Assembly (NCBI GenBank): GCA_951406725.2
Contig: OX597816.1
Coordinates: forward strand, 52,080,001 to 52,144,000
DNA length: 64,000 nt
From: Octopus vulgaris
Taxonomy: Eukaryota
Reading direction: 5' to 3'
Numbering within the stretch: position 1 is the first letter of the stretch; each line of letters starts with the position of its first letter. Of the stretch, positions 14,668 through 31,192 are shown one piece after another. Below the pieces are notes generated by a model. The model was not told the origin of the DNA and made no database searches. It saw nothing but the letters and a program-made list of their open reading frames with translations. The position numbers and the translations under genes were made by a program.

Positions 14668-15057
14668 TATCGCCTTAGCGAAGGCGGAGGTATTGCTTTT
14701 AGTCATGTTTGTTTTGTTTGTGTGTTTGTTTGTTTGTCCATGGACAAGATATCTCAAGAACCGCTGGATGGATTCGGACGAAACTTTCAGGGTTATTTGG
14801 CCTTGTGACCGGCACAAACTAGTTAGATTTGGGGATCGATCCGGTACCATACAACGATTCTGATTTATTTTTGCTCGTTTTTTTTTTTTTTACTTAATTT
14901 TTGAGAGCAGTCAGGTTCATTTTTAGTTTTCTTGCTTGTGAGAGCATTCGAATTTATTTCAGATATTCTCACTTTAAAAGTCCGCTCCGGCTAATCGTTG
15001 AGAGGACATTGGTGTTGCCTTAGCGGAGGTTTGAGCTCTCAGAGTGCTCTTGTCGTT
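14668..15057 (+). mobile_element. Non-autonomous HINE/CryptonV-like DNA element
   Basis: Subterminal repeat GCCTTAGCG(A)A/GG at both ends, a (GTTT)n tract, a 'GGATGGATTCGGACGAAACTTT' core and a 3' hairpin GAGCTCTCAGAGTGCTC. Confidence 0.6.
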
Positions 15058-15081
15058 ATTGTTGTTGTTGTTGTTGTTGTT

Positions 15082-15475
15082 GAGGTTGGAAAGATAAGTG
15101 CTGTCCTCAAGTAAATTTATTGAAAATTGGATGAAAGTTGTAAAAATGGCAAAAGTGGATGGTACCTCTCTAAGTGTGGACCTGAGCGTCGGAGAAAGGA
15201 AACAGGAGAGGGTACTTGCCCTTGGAGTTCGGGGAGATCTTGGACAGTGAGATTCCTTGATTATCCCTGCATGAGGAGGCCTACCTCTCTATCATTCCCC
15301 TCTTTGTTTAGTTAACCTTTGCATATTATGTTTAGTTCCCACCCTTTTCCCTGTATACCGTGTATATTTACTCTTTTGCTTTATTTTATAATTTCATTAT
15401 ATGTAAACCCTGACCCTTTATGCCTGTTCTCTATTGTCCTCCCGATTCTTCACCCTGGTGACCTATAAAGAAACC
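15082..15475 (+). mobile_element. Tx1-like LINE 3' end between (GTT)n and (ATT)n
   Basis: VLSSSKFIENWMKVVKMAKVDG resembles the ORF ends at 14212 and 43500, followed by a pyrimidine-rich 3' UTR. A further 3' tip lies at ~6391-6450(-). Confidence 0.6.
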
Positions 15476-15489
15476 ATTATTATAATTGC

Positions 15490-15544
<55 letters not shown>

Positions 15545-15699
15545 GTTGTTGTTGTTGTTGTTGCTGTTGTAGTTGTTGTTGTTGTTCTTATTCTTGTTAT
15601 TTTCCGATTGATTTGTATTTTATTTCATCTTCCGACTGGGTCAGAACCAGAGACCCACGGCGCGTATATATATATTAGATGGAAAGAAACTTCCTGAGA

Positions 15700-15930
15700 A
15701 GGTGGGCGGCAGAAACGTTAGCGTGCCGGGCGAAATGCTTAGCGGTATTTCGTCTGGCGCAACGTTGTGAGTTCAAATTCCGCTGAGGTCGACTTTGCCT
15801 TTCATCCTTTCGGGGTCGATAAATTAAGTACCAGTTATGCACTGGGGTCGATGTAATCGACTTAATACCTATGTCTCTCCTTGTTTGTCCCCTCTATGTT
15901 TAGCCCCTTGTGGGTAATAAAGAAATAGGT
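15700..15930 (+). mobile_element. SINE family A (tRNA-like head, Meta-like central domain, Tx1-like tail)
   Basis: GGCAGAAACGTTAG..GAGTTCAAATTCC B box, then GACTTTGCCTTTCATCCTTTCGGGGTCGATAAATTAAGTACC. Decayed copies at ~15998-16190(+), 40395-40610(+), 54965-55090(+), 56480-56645(-) and 9400-9500(-). Confidence 0.85.
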
Positions 15931-16259
15931 TGATATCAGCGCAACTTTTTGAGCTTCGTACATTGACGGCTTCCCAGGGATTTGGTTATTATCAAGAAGG
16001 CGGTGTGTTGACAGAATCGTTATCGCACTGGACAAAATGCTTAGCGGTACTTCGTCTGTCTTCACGTTCAGAGTTCAAATTCGATCGAGGTCGACTTAGC
16101 TTTCTATCCTTTCGTGGTCAATAAAATGGGTAACCGTTGAGCATTGTGACCAATGAAATTGACATAACCCTCCCCCAAAATTCCAGGCCTAGTAGAATAG
16201 ATTATAGTGATGGTGGTGGCGGTGGCGGTGGTGGTGGTGGTAGTAGTAGTAGCAGCAGC

Positions 16260-16315
<56 letters not shown>

Positions 16316-16633
16316 GAGGAGGAGGAGGAGGAGGGGGAGGAGAGTCGTTATCATGTCGCGTGCAAAATGCTTAGCTGACACCGATCTCTAAATTCTGAAA
16401 ACGGATTGGCCAACCCAAAAGCAACCGAAAATTACATTTTCTCAAACTGCGACGTAGTCGAATGAAATCCGGTTACATGTGACTGCAAGTGAAGCTCTTA
16501 ACCACATGGTTTGTGCCAAAGGTAGAAATCCTACAAATATGTAAGTGGTCTTTGTATGGTATCCGCCTCTTAAACCACCTCGCCATCCGTTGCTCATGTG
16601 GAATCAGAGTAAAACGTCTGATTACTATTTATA

Positions 16634-16706
<73 letters not shown>

Positions 16707-16707
<1 letters not shown>

Positions 16708-16842
16708 TATGTTTGACTTTTGATTTATATTTGTACAAGTTGGCTCCAGGTCTCACCCAGAGACCTCAAGAGACAACAGGTTGGAAGTTCGTGTTGTTGT
16801 TATGCTTAGTGTGCCATATATTTGGTTTTGTATTTAGTGTTG
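16707..16842 (-). mobile_element. 3'-UTR-only copy of Dong/R4 subfamily C in (ATT)n
   Basis: Reverse complement matches 39900-40031 (TATGGCACACTA..GAACTTCCAACCTGTTGTCTCTTGAGGTCTCTGGGTGAGAC..AAGTCAAACATAG). Confidence 0.88.
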
Positions 16843-16908
16843 TTGTTATTATTATTATTATTATTATTATTGTTGTTGTTGTTATTATTATTATTATTGT
16901 TATTGTTA

Positions 16909-16996
<88 letters not shown>

Positions 16997-17013
16997 CATT
17001 GTCATCATCATCA

Positions 17014-17086
<73 letters not shown>

Positions 17087-17569
17087 CATGGGAAAAGTGC
17101 TTCATGGATTATAAAGTTTGCATGCACTTTATTCGGAGTCTTCAGGCAAATAGAAAGAAGCTATCCTTACGCAGGCATCTGACATGAATGTATGTATCAC
17201 AGGGTAACAATGCTAAAGCATTCAAAGATCAAGTGTTATTCTTACAACGAATGATGGATTAAGATTACAAAACCATAAACAGTTTCTGGATTTCAAATTT
17301 CCCCACAGAAGTCTATGGCCGTCTAAGGTGCCACACAGTAGAATCGCACTCCTAATTTGGAGACACACAACGTCACGTGAGAGCTCTGCAATTGAGCTTG
17401 TGCATCTAAGGTTAACCTTGCAATAGATACGTCTGGGATATTTATGTCAGTGTTTGCTATTATATTTCTATTTCTTTTCGGCCGAATATAAACGTATTTA
17501 TTTATGCATATGCATATATGTGTGCGTGTGTATACTTACAGACGTACTCACATACATAAACACACATAC

Positions 17570-17624
<55 letters not shown>

Positions 17625-17665
17625 TGTTATGACAAGTCAGACTGATAATTGGTTTCGCGACTCGA

Positions 17666-17801
<136 letters not shown>

Positions 17802-18377
17802 TGATAGATAGATAGATAATCTAATACGAATACTTGTTGTTTGTGACGTCGCACGTATGAGGCATACGAAGTTGAAGAACATTGGTTAACAAAGGAAGAC
17901 AATCTACAAATGTAGCAGACATCTCTCACTAGCGTCATATCAGAAATCAAGGGACATAACTCCAACAATATCAATTGACTGAAATTTTCTGATACGTCGG
18001 AAACCATTTTGGGACGCTATCCTCTCTATAAACCAAGAGATATATTCACTAGACATGTTTCTGTCTTATTAGACCTCAATATAGCATAATTCGATTCTGG
18101 AATATCAGGCTACACCAACATACGCGCATGCACGTACATACAGACAGACACACACACAAACTTACACACAAACAAACAAAGAGAGTCTCGCACAGACACA
18201 CACACGGGTACACACATATTTATTTGGACTGTTGTTTGGCAAAATATGAATAACCATTTTTATTTTTAATTGTTCAATACTGTCTTATGTACTAATTACT
18301 CAACGACATTTAACGGCTTTTAATCAAGTTTACCCAATTTATAATACATTATATAAATATAAGCATATATAAATATA

Positions 18378-18428
<51 letters not shown>

Positions 18429-18587
18429 CGAAACACGCATTGAGTCGAACCAGCTGATGAAGGGGAATATTCCTTGTATTGTTTGTCCTGTACTTTGATT
18501 TTTCGTTGTTAAAAAAAGTCCGTTTCCCTGTTTGATTTTATGTTTTCGTTTCTCGTTGTGTTCTACGTTTATTTGTGGTGTCCTGCA

Positions 18588-18670
<83 letters not shown>

Positions 18671-18854
18671 GGAGAGAGATATATAGATATAGATATATAC
18701 ATATACATTTACACACATACGCATACATATATAAATATATAAATATATATGTATATATAAAATTCATACATATACTTATATAAACATATATATATATATA
18801 TACATATGTATACATATACGTACGTATATATATTATATACACACACATATAAAG

Positions 18855-18891
<37 letters not shown>

Positions 18892-18896
<5 letters not shown>

Positions 18897-19093
18897 GGAT
18901 AAGATCGTCAATTTTTAAAAAATAACGATCTTATCAGGTGACAAGCATGGAAATAATAACCTTCAAAGGTAATAATTATTATTAAAATTATAACTTATGC
19001 TATCTACGAGATACCGCCATGCTGAGAATAGCAATTGAGGCAGATCATGGCTGCTATTCTCAGCATGGCTGTATCTCATGGATGCCCTAAGTT

Positions 19094-19100
<7 letters not shown>
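18892..19100. repeat. (TA)n-flanked insert with two imperfect hairpins
   Basis: GATAAGATCGT..ACGATCTTATC and GAGATAC-GCCATGCTGAGAATAGC..GCTATTCTCAGCATGGC-GTATCTC. Confidence 0.65.
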
Positions 19101-19130
<30 letters not shown>

Positions 19131-19137
19131 TTATTTA

Positions 19138-19188
<51 letters not shown>

Positions 19189-19441
19189 TATGCATGTAGG
19201 TTCGCCCAAGGCTTTCAGTGAATCATCTGTGTGTGTGTATGTTTATATGTGTGCACATGTGAATGCGGCTGAGTGTATGCATTAGAGTCATTGTATTTGC
19301 GTGTGATTGTATAATGTATAACGTATTATATATATTTGTATATTTGCATTTGTGTATAATTTATGCCTACTAAATATGAGTTCACACACGTTCAAATTTG
19401 TGTGTGTGTGTGCTTGTATGCATGTGAATATAAGGTATATG

Positions 19442-19487
<46 letters not shown>

Positions 19488-19744
19488 TATATCTTATATA
19501 CACATATGTATGTATGAATATATGTAGATATGTATATGTGATTCCCAAACACAAGTCTTGTTATACGTAGCTTTCGCTTTGTGTATGTGTTTGTTCATAT
19601 GCGTGTATGTGAGAGAGAGAGAGACAGACAGACAGACAGAGAGACTGACAGAGTGGGAGAGAAAGAGATAGAGAGTGAGTGGACATATCGGTGGAAATCG
19701 AACTTGAAAAAGAGACATGTTATAGGAAGAGTGACAGTTCTCTC

Positions 19745-19796
<52 letters not shown>

Positions 19797-20032
19797 GCAT
19801 GACATTGTCCACCCTCTCTATCTTCTATCTCTTTGTCTCCCTTTCTTTCTTTCACACTTCTATCCCCTCCCTGCTCTGCAATACCAACTTCCCCTCCTAC
19901 TCCTGTGGATATACTTCTCTAGCTTTCTCTTCGTTTCTACCTACTTTACACTTTGTCGGGCACAAACTCTCTTGCGCACATGTAACATATTCCATAAATA
20001 TCCCATATTGCATACATATACATACATATATA

Positions 20033-20086
<54 letters not shown>

Positions 20087-20092
20087 TATTCA

Positions 20093-20148
<56 letters not shown>

Positions 20149-20153
20149 TATTC

Positions 20154-20256
<103 letters not shown>

Positions 20257-20478
20257 CATGAATATGTAGAAATAAGTGTAGATGCATTAGAATATAGGAG
20301 CATTGTTGGCCATTTTTTACGCATAAAGCCCTCAACCACAAATACAGACATATGCATCTAATACAAAATATAAATTATAAAATTAAATTGTCAGCCTTAC
20401 ATTGAGTTGTTATCACTTCATATTCTAAGATATTGTGAGCATTGTTATATCCATATCTACACACAAATATATATATGT

Positions 20479-20514
<36 letters not shown>

Positions 20515-20579
20515 ATGTATGTATATATATGTATGTATATGTATATTTATGTAAACATGAGTATACATATATACATACA

Positions 20580-20616
<37 letters not shown>

Positions 20617-20814
20617 ACACAAACATAGAATATGTCTGTGTATGTTAACACACTACACTTACATATGTATGTGTATCTCTGCGTGAGTATGTGTGTATGT
20701 GTTGTATCTGTGTGAGTGAGTAATTCTAGATACAGATAGATAGAGGATAAGGAAAGATATATACATATATTCATAGTACATATTTATCTACATTATATAT
20801 ACATATATATATAC

Positions 20815-20875
<61 letters not shown>

Positions 20876-20936
20876 TATATATTTATATATATATATTTAT
20901 ATATGATATATCATCTCTCAAAAAGAATATTACAAC

Positions 20937-20991
<55 letters not shown>

Positions 20992-21110
20992 TAATAATAA
21001 CAACAACAACAACAACAATAATAATAATAATGATGATGGTAATAATGATAATAATATTAATAATAATAATGATAATAATAATAACAACAACAATAATAAT
21101 GATGATGATG

Positions 21111-21168
<58 letters not shown>

Positions 21169-21321
21169 TGATAATATAGTGTTCGAATTTTTTTTTTTTC
21201 TTTTTCACATGAAACAAAAATAAGAGCAATGACAATAACGACGAGAACAACAACAATATCATTATCATCATCATCATCATCATCATCAGAAATAACCACT
21301 TGCAAAACAAGAAAGGTGTCA

Positions 21322-21352
<31 letters not shown>

Positions 21353-21384
21353 GTAAATAAATAGAGAAGTTCGGCTTTACTCAC

Positions 21385-21582
21385 CATGTCCATGATTTGT
21401 ATAAGCGTAAACCCGAATGTGACAACGACATTTTTGGAAGAATTATACACCGGCCTAACACTGGTATCATAGTTATCAAAGAGTTTCAATAACAATCGTT
21501 GTTCATCTGGTAATTTGTTACAGTGTATATATCCAATGGTACAATAGAGCATTATCATTGCCCAGTGCAAATATAACGGCAT
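21385..21582 (-). CDS. First coding exon of a Cys-loop ligand-gated ion channel (nicotinic acetylcholine receptor-like subunit): signal peptide plus N-terminal helix to beta1
   Basis: Translates as MPLYLHWAMIMLYCTIGYIHCNKLPDEQRLLLKLFDNYDTSVRPVYNSSKNVVVTFGFTLIQIMDM (66 aa). It has a hydrophobic leader, the nAChR motifs 'EQRLL..LF..Y...VRPV.N' and 'L.QIMD', and an N-S-S sequon. It ends at a canonical phase-0 donor ATG|GTGAGT (+ strand 'actcac', 21379-21384), the conserved nAChR intron position before DEKNQ. The start codon is inferred. Confidence 0.92.
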
Positions 21583-21904
21583 TTCCCCCAGCAGCCGGCT
21601 GCTTACCCCGTCACACACGCGCTCTCTCTCTCTCTCTTCTTCTTCTCTCTCTCTCTCTCTCTCTCACTCACTCACTCATTCATTCATTCACTCACTCTCT
21701 CTCACACACACACACATATACACACACACACGCTGTCTCTCTCTCTTTTTCTTTCTGTTTCTATTTCTATCTCTCATAAATACCAGCGCTCTCTCTAGGA
21801 ATCACTTTTTATCGCCCTGTATCTTAAGCTTGTTTGCCAGTTTCTTGTGCGTGTGTATGCGTGTGCGTGTGTATGCGTGTATATAAGAGGTAAGCGTGAA
21901 TGCG

Positions 21905-21942
<38 letters not shown>

Positions 21943-21966
21943 CGTGTATATAAGAAGTATGCGTGA

Positions 21967-22028
<62 letters not shown>

Positions 22029-22114
22029 TTTATATATGATTATTAGAGATGTATATGAATATATATGCAGGTATATATATGTGTGTGTGCGTGTATATAA
22101 GAAGTATGCGTGAA

Positions 22115-22175
<61 letters not shown>

Positions 22176-23848
22176 ATGATTATTAGAGATGTATATAAAT
22201 ATATATGTAGGTATATATGTGTGTGTGTGTGTGTGTGCGTGTCTATGTATATTTATACCTATGTGTATAAGGCTATGTATGTTACTGGGAATGTGTGTGT
22301 GTGTGTTTGACTTTGTGTGTGTGTTTGTCTTTGTGTGTGTGTGTATGTGTGTGTGTGTGTGTGTGTGTGACAGAGGGAGAGAGAGAGAGTATGTGTAGAT
22401 GTTTATGTATTTCTTTTATGTTCGTTTCTGAGTTTGTGTGCGTATGTGTATGTACGTGTATATGTATGTTTATGTACGTATGTATACGTATGTGTCTGTA
22501 TGTACATATATACGTGTATATGTGTGTGTGTGTGTATGAGTATTATGTGTATATGGATGTGTATGCGTGCGCTTACGTGTATGGCAGTGGGCTCGCTTGT
22601 GAAGATTGGTGACTAGTATTTTTGTACAACAACGATATTATAACAGGGGTGGACGAACTGGCAAAGGTGTTGGTATAGGCGGTAGTATCTAGTGGTACGT
22701 ATTAACGTTTAACGTATATAGTTGTGCCTGTAAGTTGTATTAAGGCGATGGTTTTATATTTTTGATGGATGGCCGTGTTGTTGTTTTCGTGGCTGCCGCC
22801 GCTGCTGCGGTTGCTGTTGCTGCTGCTGCTGCTGCTGCTTCTGCTGCCGCTGCCGCTGTTGTTGTTGTTGTTGTTGTTGTTGTGCTGTTTCGTGGTTGTG
22901 TAATTTGTGTAAGTTGTGTTGGTCCTTGTTGTTTTGTTTAATAATGTCGGAGCGGTGAGGCGGGTGGCGGCGGGTGGCAGCGGGTGGCGGCGGCGGCGGT
23001 GGCGACGGGGCGATATAGTAGTTGGACTACTACTACTACTACCGTAATTATATTTGTGTGGTTTTTGTTGTTGATTTAGCGGTTAGTGTGATAGTGGTGG
23101 TAGTGATGTCGGTGATTGCGTTATTTACGTGTTGCTGTTGTTGTTGTTGTTGTTGTTGGCGGTGATGGTGGTGATGGTGGTGGTGGTGGTGGTGGTGGTG
23201 CCGGTGGTGGTGGTGCGAGGATAGTTGTATTATTTTGATGTGGATGTTGTCGATGTAATACTCGAGGTGGTGGTGATAGTGGTGGTGGTAGTGATTATAT
23301 TGTTCCGTAACACGAGGTAAGTGTTGATCCAGCAGCAGACATATGATCAAAGACGTTCCACTTACGCCATTCCCATTCGAAACCACTTTTAGGCTGCTCT
23401 TTTTTCTTTCTTTCTTTCTTTCTTTTCACGACTGCAATTATTCCATGAGTCCTTTCACTTCATTTAACACAGTGTAGTATGATTAGAGGAAGGCTTAGGT
23501 AGCTACTTCAGTACCTCTAGCGACCACCTACAGACTCCCCTCTCATAAACATGATAACGATTATAGCAATGGGGTGCCGTTATCGTAGGTGGGAGCAGTA
23601 ACAATCACGGTATTCTAAATTAGAGTTTGTTATAGATGCATTAATAATGATTGTGTTGTTGTTGTTTTTGTTGTTGTTACTGCTCTGTATGTTTTTCATG
23701 TTGTGATAATTGTTGTTGGTTGTTGTTGTCTGTTGCAGTGATGTTCGCTTTGGTGGACGTAAAGGCGGCTAGTGGCGGGGATATATAAGTGCCTGAAGTG
23801 TGTCCGGGATTTTAACACAGATAAGAATGTCATTTTTATACACAGACA

Positions 23849-23879
<31 letters not shown>

Positions 23880-23884
23880 CGGCT

Positions 23885-23944
<60 letters not shown>

Positions 23945-24004
23945 TTCATAGATAGATAGATAGATAGATAGGCAGGTAGGTAGGTTGGTAGGTAGGTAGG
24001 TAGG

Positions 24005-24067
<63 letters not shown>

Positions 24068-24168
24068 ATTCATAGATAGATAGATAGGTAGGTAGGTAGG
24101 TAGGTAGATAGATAGATAGATAGATAGATTCATAGATAGATAGGTAGGTAGGTAGGTATGTAGGTAGG

Positions 24169-24251
<83 letters not shown>

Positions 24252-24284
24252 ATTCATAGATAGATAGATAGGTAGGTAGGTAGG

Positions 24285-24362
<78 letters not shown>

Positions 24363-24773
24363 TGTTTATTTATTGATCTAGTTCGATAGATACATACATA
24401 CATAGGTTGATAGATAGATACATGCATATACCGATACACATGTGTGTGTGTGTGTGTGTGTGTGTTGTGTGAATTTGCGCGTGTATGTACGCGCGCCGCG
24501 AGAATATGTATGCATAAATTTCCTTTATTTTTCAATTTATGTGTGAGAGCATGTCTGCTCCAGAGACATGTAATGCTTATGGCAACACGTACACATTCCC
24601 ACGAAGATTTCCTTTTCGATTTTCGCTTTCACACCTTCTTTTTCAAATAAATAAATAAATAAATATATGCATAAATAAGCAAGGAAAAACGAAAACCGCA
24701 GACAGAATAATATAAGTAATATAGAAACACAATTACACTTAAAAATAAAACTTGAAATTTCTAAAACGCAAGT

Positions 24774-24804
<31 letters not shown>

Positions 24805-24824
24805 ATACATACATACATACATAC

Positions 24825-24857
<33 letters not shown>

Positions 24858-24969
24858 CAAACATATATTATATACGTAAATTTATACATATATATACATA
24901 TATATACATTTATATATACATACATATGTATGTTTATATATATATATATGTATACGTGTATATATATAT

Positions 24970-25163
24970 GGGGAGAATTCACAAAAAAAAAAAAGACAAA
25001 GGACAAAGACAGGTGGTGTAGACAACAAACAGATGTATTAGTTTAACGCTCGGAAAGTGAAAATGTCTTTAACGTTTCGTGCATACGCTCATCTACAGAA
25101 ATGAACACAGAAAGAAAGGAGAGAAAATAAAGAATGTGTAGTGGCTAGCGATCAATCACGGTG
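24970..25163 (-). mobile_element. Probable Penelope-like pseudo-LTR fragment with a decayed minimal hammerhead, in (TA)n
   Basis: Minus strand TTTCTGTAGATGAGCGTATGCACGAAACGTTAAAG. A related decayed motif is at ~7222-7258(-). Other HHR 3' halves are at 25520-25545(+, GAAACTCCGAGTA) and ~18428(+). Confidence 0.5.
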
Positions 25164-25189
25164 AATATATATATATATATGTATGTATG

Positions 25190-25287
<98 letters not shown>

Positions 25288-25300
25288 CATATATATATAG

Positions 25301-25336
<36 letters not shown>

Positions 25337-25484
25337 TTATATATACATTCATTCATGTATATGTATGTGTATTTATAAATTAGCACAAATTCAAGTACAT
25401 AATATATACATACATATATGTATATGTGTGTGTGTACATATTACACATATGAATTTATACGCATGTATGTTAATATACAAGCAC

Positions 25485-25516
<32 letters not shown>

Positions 25517-26061
25517 AACGTGAAACTCCGAGTAACAGGTTTTGTTGAATTTCTGTTGCTTTTAAATAAAGCATATTACTCTACCCCTGGTATTTGAGTA
25601 CTCTTTTTTTCCACCGTGTTTCACATTTATGTGTTTACTCCGGTATATATATATATATATATATTAAATCCCAAAAAAGAACAAACGCAAAAGAAATCAC
25701 AACAACGGGAGGACATGGTACATGTAAAGTTTTAGCAAACGCTCCAAGATAATTATATGGGCCTATGTATTGGTGTAGAGCATCAGTTGAGATTACCTAC
25801 AAATTTGTTTCGGCCCATGCACTGTGTATTCAATTCTCACTGAACTGTGATATGGTTTTCGCGGCACATGAAATATCAGCAGAGTTCTGATGGAGCTCTG
25901 TTTTCCGTCAGTTAACATAGCCTTAAGCAGCGCTGAGTAAAGTAGATAATTTATGTCGGTTCACATGTACATGGTCAACTTCAGTAATTATCGTGAGCAT
26001 GTTACACGAAATTTAGTCTTCTACGAATCAGTGCCACATCCCCAGGATACATACATACATG

Positions 26062-26133
<72 letters not shown>

Positions 26134-26200
26134 AGCATGCATGCCTACATACATATATACATACATACTTACAGACAGACAGACAGACAGGTAGACAGAC

Positions 26201-26241
<41 letters not shown>

Positions 26242-26286
26242 CACAGAAACACACACATATTAGATATGTGCATATATATATATATA

Positions 26287-26334
<48 letters not shown>

Positions 26335-26564
26335 TATAGATATGTATATACGAAATTGCGAGGATGATCCGGTTCTTGACTGAAGATTAAAGGCTTCGAA
26401 TGTCCCGTCCATGTTTTTTTGTATCGTCTTCTAAATGTTTTGCGTTCTTGTCCCAGTTTGTATTTTTTTACTCATATATATATATACATGTGTATATATG
26501 TTTGTGGTATGTGTGTGTATATATGTTTTTAGTTGTGCCTGAGAGCACGCATACACTAATAAAG

Positions 26565-27290
<726 letters not shown>

Positions 27291-28130
27291 AATTTTATTA
27301 TTTTGTGTTAAGCTAAATAACAACAACGAAATATTTACTACTGGTGTGACTCTATGCTAAGATGAAGGTCAAATTTATTGTAAACATGAACCTGACATGG
27401 AGCTCAAGTTTTCTTTGTACAACCCGTTAATCGAAGCATGAAATGAAGCCAGTCAAATTGTTCTTTACAACATATACATATATTGTAATTTGTTTGTATA
27501 CAGGTATGTTTATATATTTGTCTGTGTAGTTGATGAGCGCAGTTGAATAGAATGATGCACTCTTACATCATGATGGAATATTTAATCACCGAAAATTTAC
27601 AGCGATTCACCTCGGTTACGACTTTGCATTTATGTTAAATAAAAAGCGGGAGATATACATTCAGATATAACGTACAGAGTTACAGAGATTTTATAACGTG
27701 TGACTTCCCGGTGATCTAAACTTTTCGATGACTATCAAACTCATCAGCCACTGTTGAACCGAATACATTAGCTATGCAATGAAGACCGTTTGCTCACATC
27801 ACATGTGTTCGGAAAAAAAATCAACCAGAGCAGAAGAAAAGAAGGAAGAATTAACGTTAAAGATTACCGAGAATAAATATATAGGGAAAACTTTCCTCCG
27901 ATTATTCTGTGTTTAAGTCGAAGTTTATATTTATGTTTCAGTGTGTGTGTATATAGTCTGTTTGTTCCTAAACAACACTTATTTTAGTGCTGTTGACAAC
28001 ACCGGATTCAATGGTACCGCCCATTGTGGAAACCATAATGATACCCGTGGGGCAGCTGATGATGGAGATATGTTGGAATGTTGGTATGGCTGTGGAATAG
28101 CATTATAACACAGCCTTTATATATATACAT

Positions 28131-28179
<49 letters not shown>

Positions 28180-28212
28180 CTGTGTGGAGTGTATGTATCT
28201 ATATAAAAATCA

Positions 28213-28288
28213 TATATCCTCCAGCCTTCACCAGGTGTCTTGGGGAAATTTCGAACCTGTGTACTCATTCCTAAGGTATTTTTCGATG

Positions 28289-28352
<64 letters not shown>

Positions 28353-28606
28353 TATTATTATTATTATTATTATTATTTTTATTGTTATTATTATTATTAT
28401 TATTAGACAGGTCACTGCCTGGAATCGAACTCTGAATCTTGGGGTTAGTAGCCCGCGCTCTTAACCACTACGGGATATGCCCGTGAAGTGGAGGGTATGT
28501 CAGCCGAAACGTTGTGTTAACAGCACACAAGATGAGGACAAATATCTGTCAAATGTAAATAATGTAAATAATGTTCATAATTCCTCATCTCTTCAATATA
28601 GACCTG
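28213..28606 (-). mobile_element. Hammerhead SINE-like element, locus 3: head, microsatellite and partial tail (-) with an inverted partial tail (+, 28489-28606)
   Basis: Head on minus at 28405-28485 (GGGCATATCCCGTAGTGGTTAAGAGCGCGGGCTACTAACCCCAAGATTCAGAGTTCGATTCCAGGCAGTGACC), (ATT/ATC)n 28288-28404, tail fragments on both sides in opposite orientation. Confidence 0.82.
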
Positions 28607-28833
28607 TAATATAAATATATATTTATACATTTACTCTTCAACTTTCGTATGCAGCCATGCTGGAGCACTGCACTCTAGGATCTTCTCGGACAAATCTACT
28701 CCGATACTTATTTTTAGACCAAGTACTTTTCCTATCGGCTCTTTTTGCTGCACCTATAAATTACAGGAACATAAGCAAAGCAGCATAGTGTGGCCAGCGG
28801 ATGGGAAACGAACACTTAGACACAACTGCAGAC

Positions 28834-28877
<44 letters not shown>

Positions 28878-28896
28878 TTGTGTGTGTGTGTGTGTG

Positions 28897-29166
28897 TGGA
28901 GGCGCAATGGCCCAGTGGTCATGGGATCGCGGTTTCGATTCCCATATCAGGCGTTGTGAGTGTTTATTGAGCGAAAACACCTAAAGCTCTACGATGCTCC
29001 GGCAGGGAGTGGTGGAGATCCCTGCTGTACTCTTTCGCCACAACTTTCTCTCGCTCTCTCTTCTGTTAGCCTGCTCGCTAAACCAGCGGGGTGGCGTTAT
29101 TTGAAGGCTAAAACAATGCGAAGCGCATTGTGACCAGCGATGTGTAGCAACATCTGATAGCCTGGT
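28897..29166 (+). mobile_element. SINE family C, tail type 2
   Basis: Same head and body up to CAACTTTCTCTC, then an unrelated tail (..GAAGGCTAAAACAATGCGAAGCGCATTGTGACCAGCG..). Confidence 0.82.
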
Positions 29167-29177
29167 GATAATTATAA

Positions 29178-29750
<573 letters not shown>

Positions 29751-29821
29751 TATATATCCGCATTATGTAGATAAATATAAGACAAAAATCATATATATAT
29801 ATATATATATACACACGCATG

Positions 29822-29881
<60 letters not shown>

Positions 29882-30265
29882 GAGGCGGACAAACAAACAG
29901 GCGTCAATTTGACAAAGTCGCTTCAGTGATGATAGCCATGACTTCCATGTTATGTTCTATCTCGGAGTTCAAATCACGCCAAGGTCAACTTTGAATTTCG
30001 TCCGTTTAGAGTATTTATTCAAAAGTACATTCTCGCGTAGTGAATTCTTACAATGTGAGTACTTCCAAGGATATACCTTCCGAAATTTGATTTGGTTCTA
30101 GGCGTTCTGAGTTGATATCCCGTGAAAACTGCGTCAAGTCTAGGATCCTCTAGGATTACTCTCGGGGTCATTGCAATACCTCGAAGGAAGCAATAAAATG
30201 ACTTGCTCAAACTCTGTGCGGTTAATGATATATATATATATAAATATATATATATTTTTATTTCG

Positions 30266-30643
<378 letters not shown>

Positions 30644-31017
30644 CAAAATTTAGATTCAAATGAATATGGTACTTAAGTTAGATGCACCAGAATTCTGTAT
30701 GGTGTTATCCATATAAATCCATGGGGTGATTATAATCAAAGTAAGCAACAAGAATAACTTCGGTTATTTGATTATATATATATATATACAGATGTGCGTG
30801 TGTGTGTATGCGGTGAAATTATCACTACGTACATGATAATTTATAAAATATAAGAACTCAATAGCTATTACACTTACATATATGTAAGCCGTTACATAAT
30901 ACGTTGCGTTAAATGTAACTATTGTATACAAAAATATACTATGCACACATATATCTAAATATATCAGTAAATATATGTTCATATGCGTCTTTGGATGGTT
31001 ATATATATATATACATA

Positions 31018-31153
31018 TTGCTTACGAACCACATGGTTCCAGTTTCAATCCCACTGCGTGGCACCTGAGGCAAATGTCTTCTACTATAGCCTCGGGTCGA
31101 CCAAAGCCTTGTGAGTGGATTTGGTAGACGCTGAATGAAAGAAGCCTGTCGTA

Positions 31154-31192
<39 letters not shown>

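Noticed and set aside
21890-22270. ~150-bp tandem duplication upstream of the receptor exon
   Set aside because: Real, but built from TA/TG microsatellite; ordinary slippage or unequal crossover explains it.
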